Shown here piece by piece: positions 62,961 through 64,000 of a stretch of 64,000 nt of DNA (position 1 is the stretch's first letter; each line of letters begins with the position of its first letter). The notes beneath the pieces were generated by a model. That model was not told the DNA's origin, did not search any database, and worked only from the letters and a program-made list of their open reading frames with translations. The position numbers and the translations under genes were made by a program. The DNA is from Raillietiella orientalis (lineage: Eukaryota). Location of the stretch: NCBI GenBank assembly GCA_036172245.1, contig JAYWIR010000013.1, positions 3,348,001 to 3,412,000 on the forward strand. The letters are read 5' to 3'.

Positions 62961-64000
62961 GGGAGATGCTCGTCCGGGGCCACTGAACCCCTCCTGTTGG
63001 CCTTCTAGGGATGGGCTTTCGAACTTCTTGGTCGGGTGGAAGGAGAGCAGGGGTCGCCGCCTCCGTCTCCTCCTGCGAACAGCGACGAGCGAGCGGGAAG
63101 CATTCCAGGGAAGGTCCTTCCCTTCCCTGGAACACCCCTCTCTTTCCCTTCCCCTTGAAGCCACGCCGGAGAAGCGCACACTTGCTCTCAGGAGAGGGCG
63201 CCACTGGGAAAGCTCAGCAACGTAAGCGTGACGGAGATTTGTTTCTTCCTCGCCGTTTCTTCGTTCCCCCGCAACGACGCCGTTACCACACCTCTGAGGA
63301 GACGGCAGGGACTTTCGCTAAGCAAGTCCGGTTACCATTTTTTCTTCTGGTTGTCCGGCTGCTCGAAAGCGAGCGTGCCCTCTGCCGCTGCGGATGCAGT
63401 CGAGAGGCCTTCCATCTTCCTCGAGCTCCGCGGCTGCTGTTCCGATCTGAAATCCACCAGAGCGGCATCTTTTGTCCATCGACCGTCCTTTTCCCGCGGC
63501 TTCGGCATCATTTCTTTCCAGGTAACGAGTCATCCGAGACGGACGGAGTAGGAAAGTCTCCATTCGGAACCGGAAGCTCTCCGGGATCTTCCTTGAAGAG
63601 GGGACGGATGCGGAAGCCTTCAGCTGGGTCAGGCTAGGAGTTCTTCCCCCTTTCGCGTTTCGTTCCCCTTAAGGGAGGGGGTAAGAGTGGGAGGGGAATG
63701 AACTCTGCCAACACCCCTTGAAAGTGCGTTGGATGAGCACTCTCAGCCTCACGGAAGTCCCTTCCAAGTTCTCCTCTCTCGTCTCTTCAGGGCGTCGTAC
63801 ACGAGTCGGTTGCCGTTCGTGGTGCGCGGGTCCGGTGGCGGAAGACTCGTTCGGCGAGCGGGAGTGTGTGGGATGCTGTGCAAGGATGCACCAGGGCGAG
63901 CTGCTCAAGCTCTTCCAGCGGCATCGTTTAACCCCGAGTGCACAGGGTCGGAGGTTGCGTGGCAAACGAAGGCGAAGAACGGGAGCGACGGGACGCAAAG

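Noticed and set aside
54100..64000. Many 200-458 aa ORFs (e.g. 57077-58453, 56748-57839)
   Set aside because: Rich in Arg/Pro/Gly/Ser, run through microsatellites, and show no codon bias or motifs; expected by chance at this GC content.

Overview
Eukaryotic, almost certainly arthropod, genomic DNA with spliceosomal introns; there is no sign of prokaryotic operons, CRISPR, rRNA or tRNA. I assembled seven protein genes by hand from splice sites and reading-frame phase: the 3' end of a Mp20/calponin-family gene (+), single-minded (-, 8 coding exons), Integrator subunit 7 (-, 18 exons, including a probable U12-type intron), NDUFB2 (+) convergent with TMEM138 (-), an intronless pyrexia/waterwitch-type TRPA channel (-) and a UDP-glycosyltransferase (+). 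A sharply bounded AT-rich, CpG-depleted island (~30-39.4 kb) holds IntS7, NDUFB2 and TMEM138, with mostly 42-60 nt introns. The flanks are GC- and CpG-rich, hold the developmental, sensory and detoxification genes, and contain many badly decayed LINE fragments. Most ORFs in the supplied track are GC-driven noise. I cannot support a wholly new multi-gene system. The best leads are the minor intron, the methylation-like CpG footprint, a candidate sim enhancer, a possible antisense gene pair and an orphan ORF cassette between (TA)n arrays. All protein assignments come from recalled motifs, not database searches.
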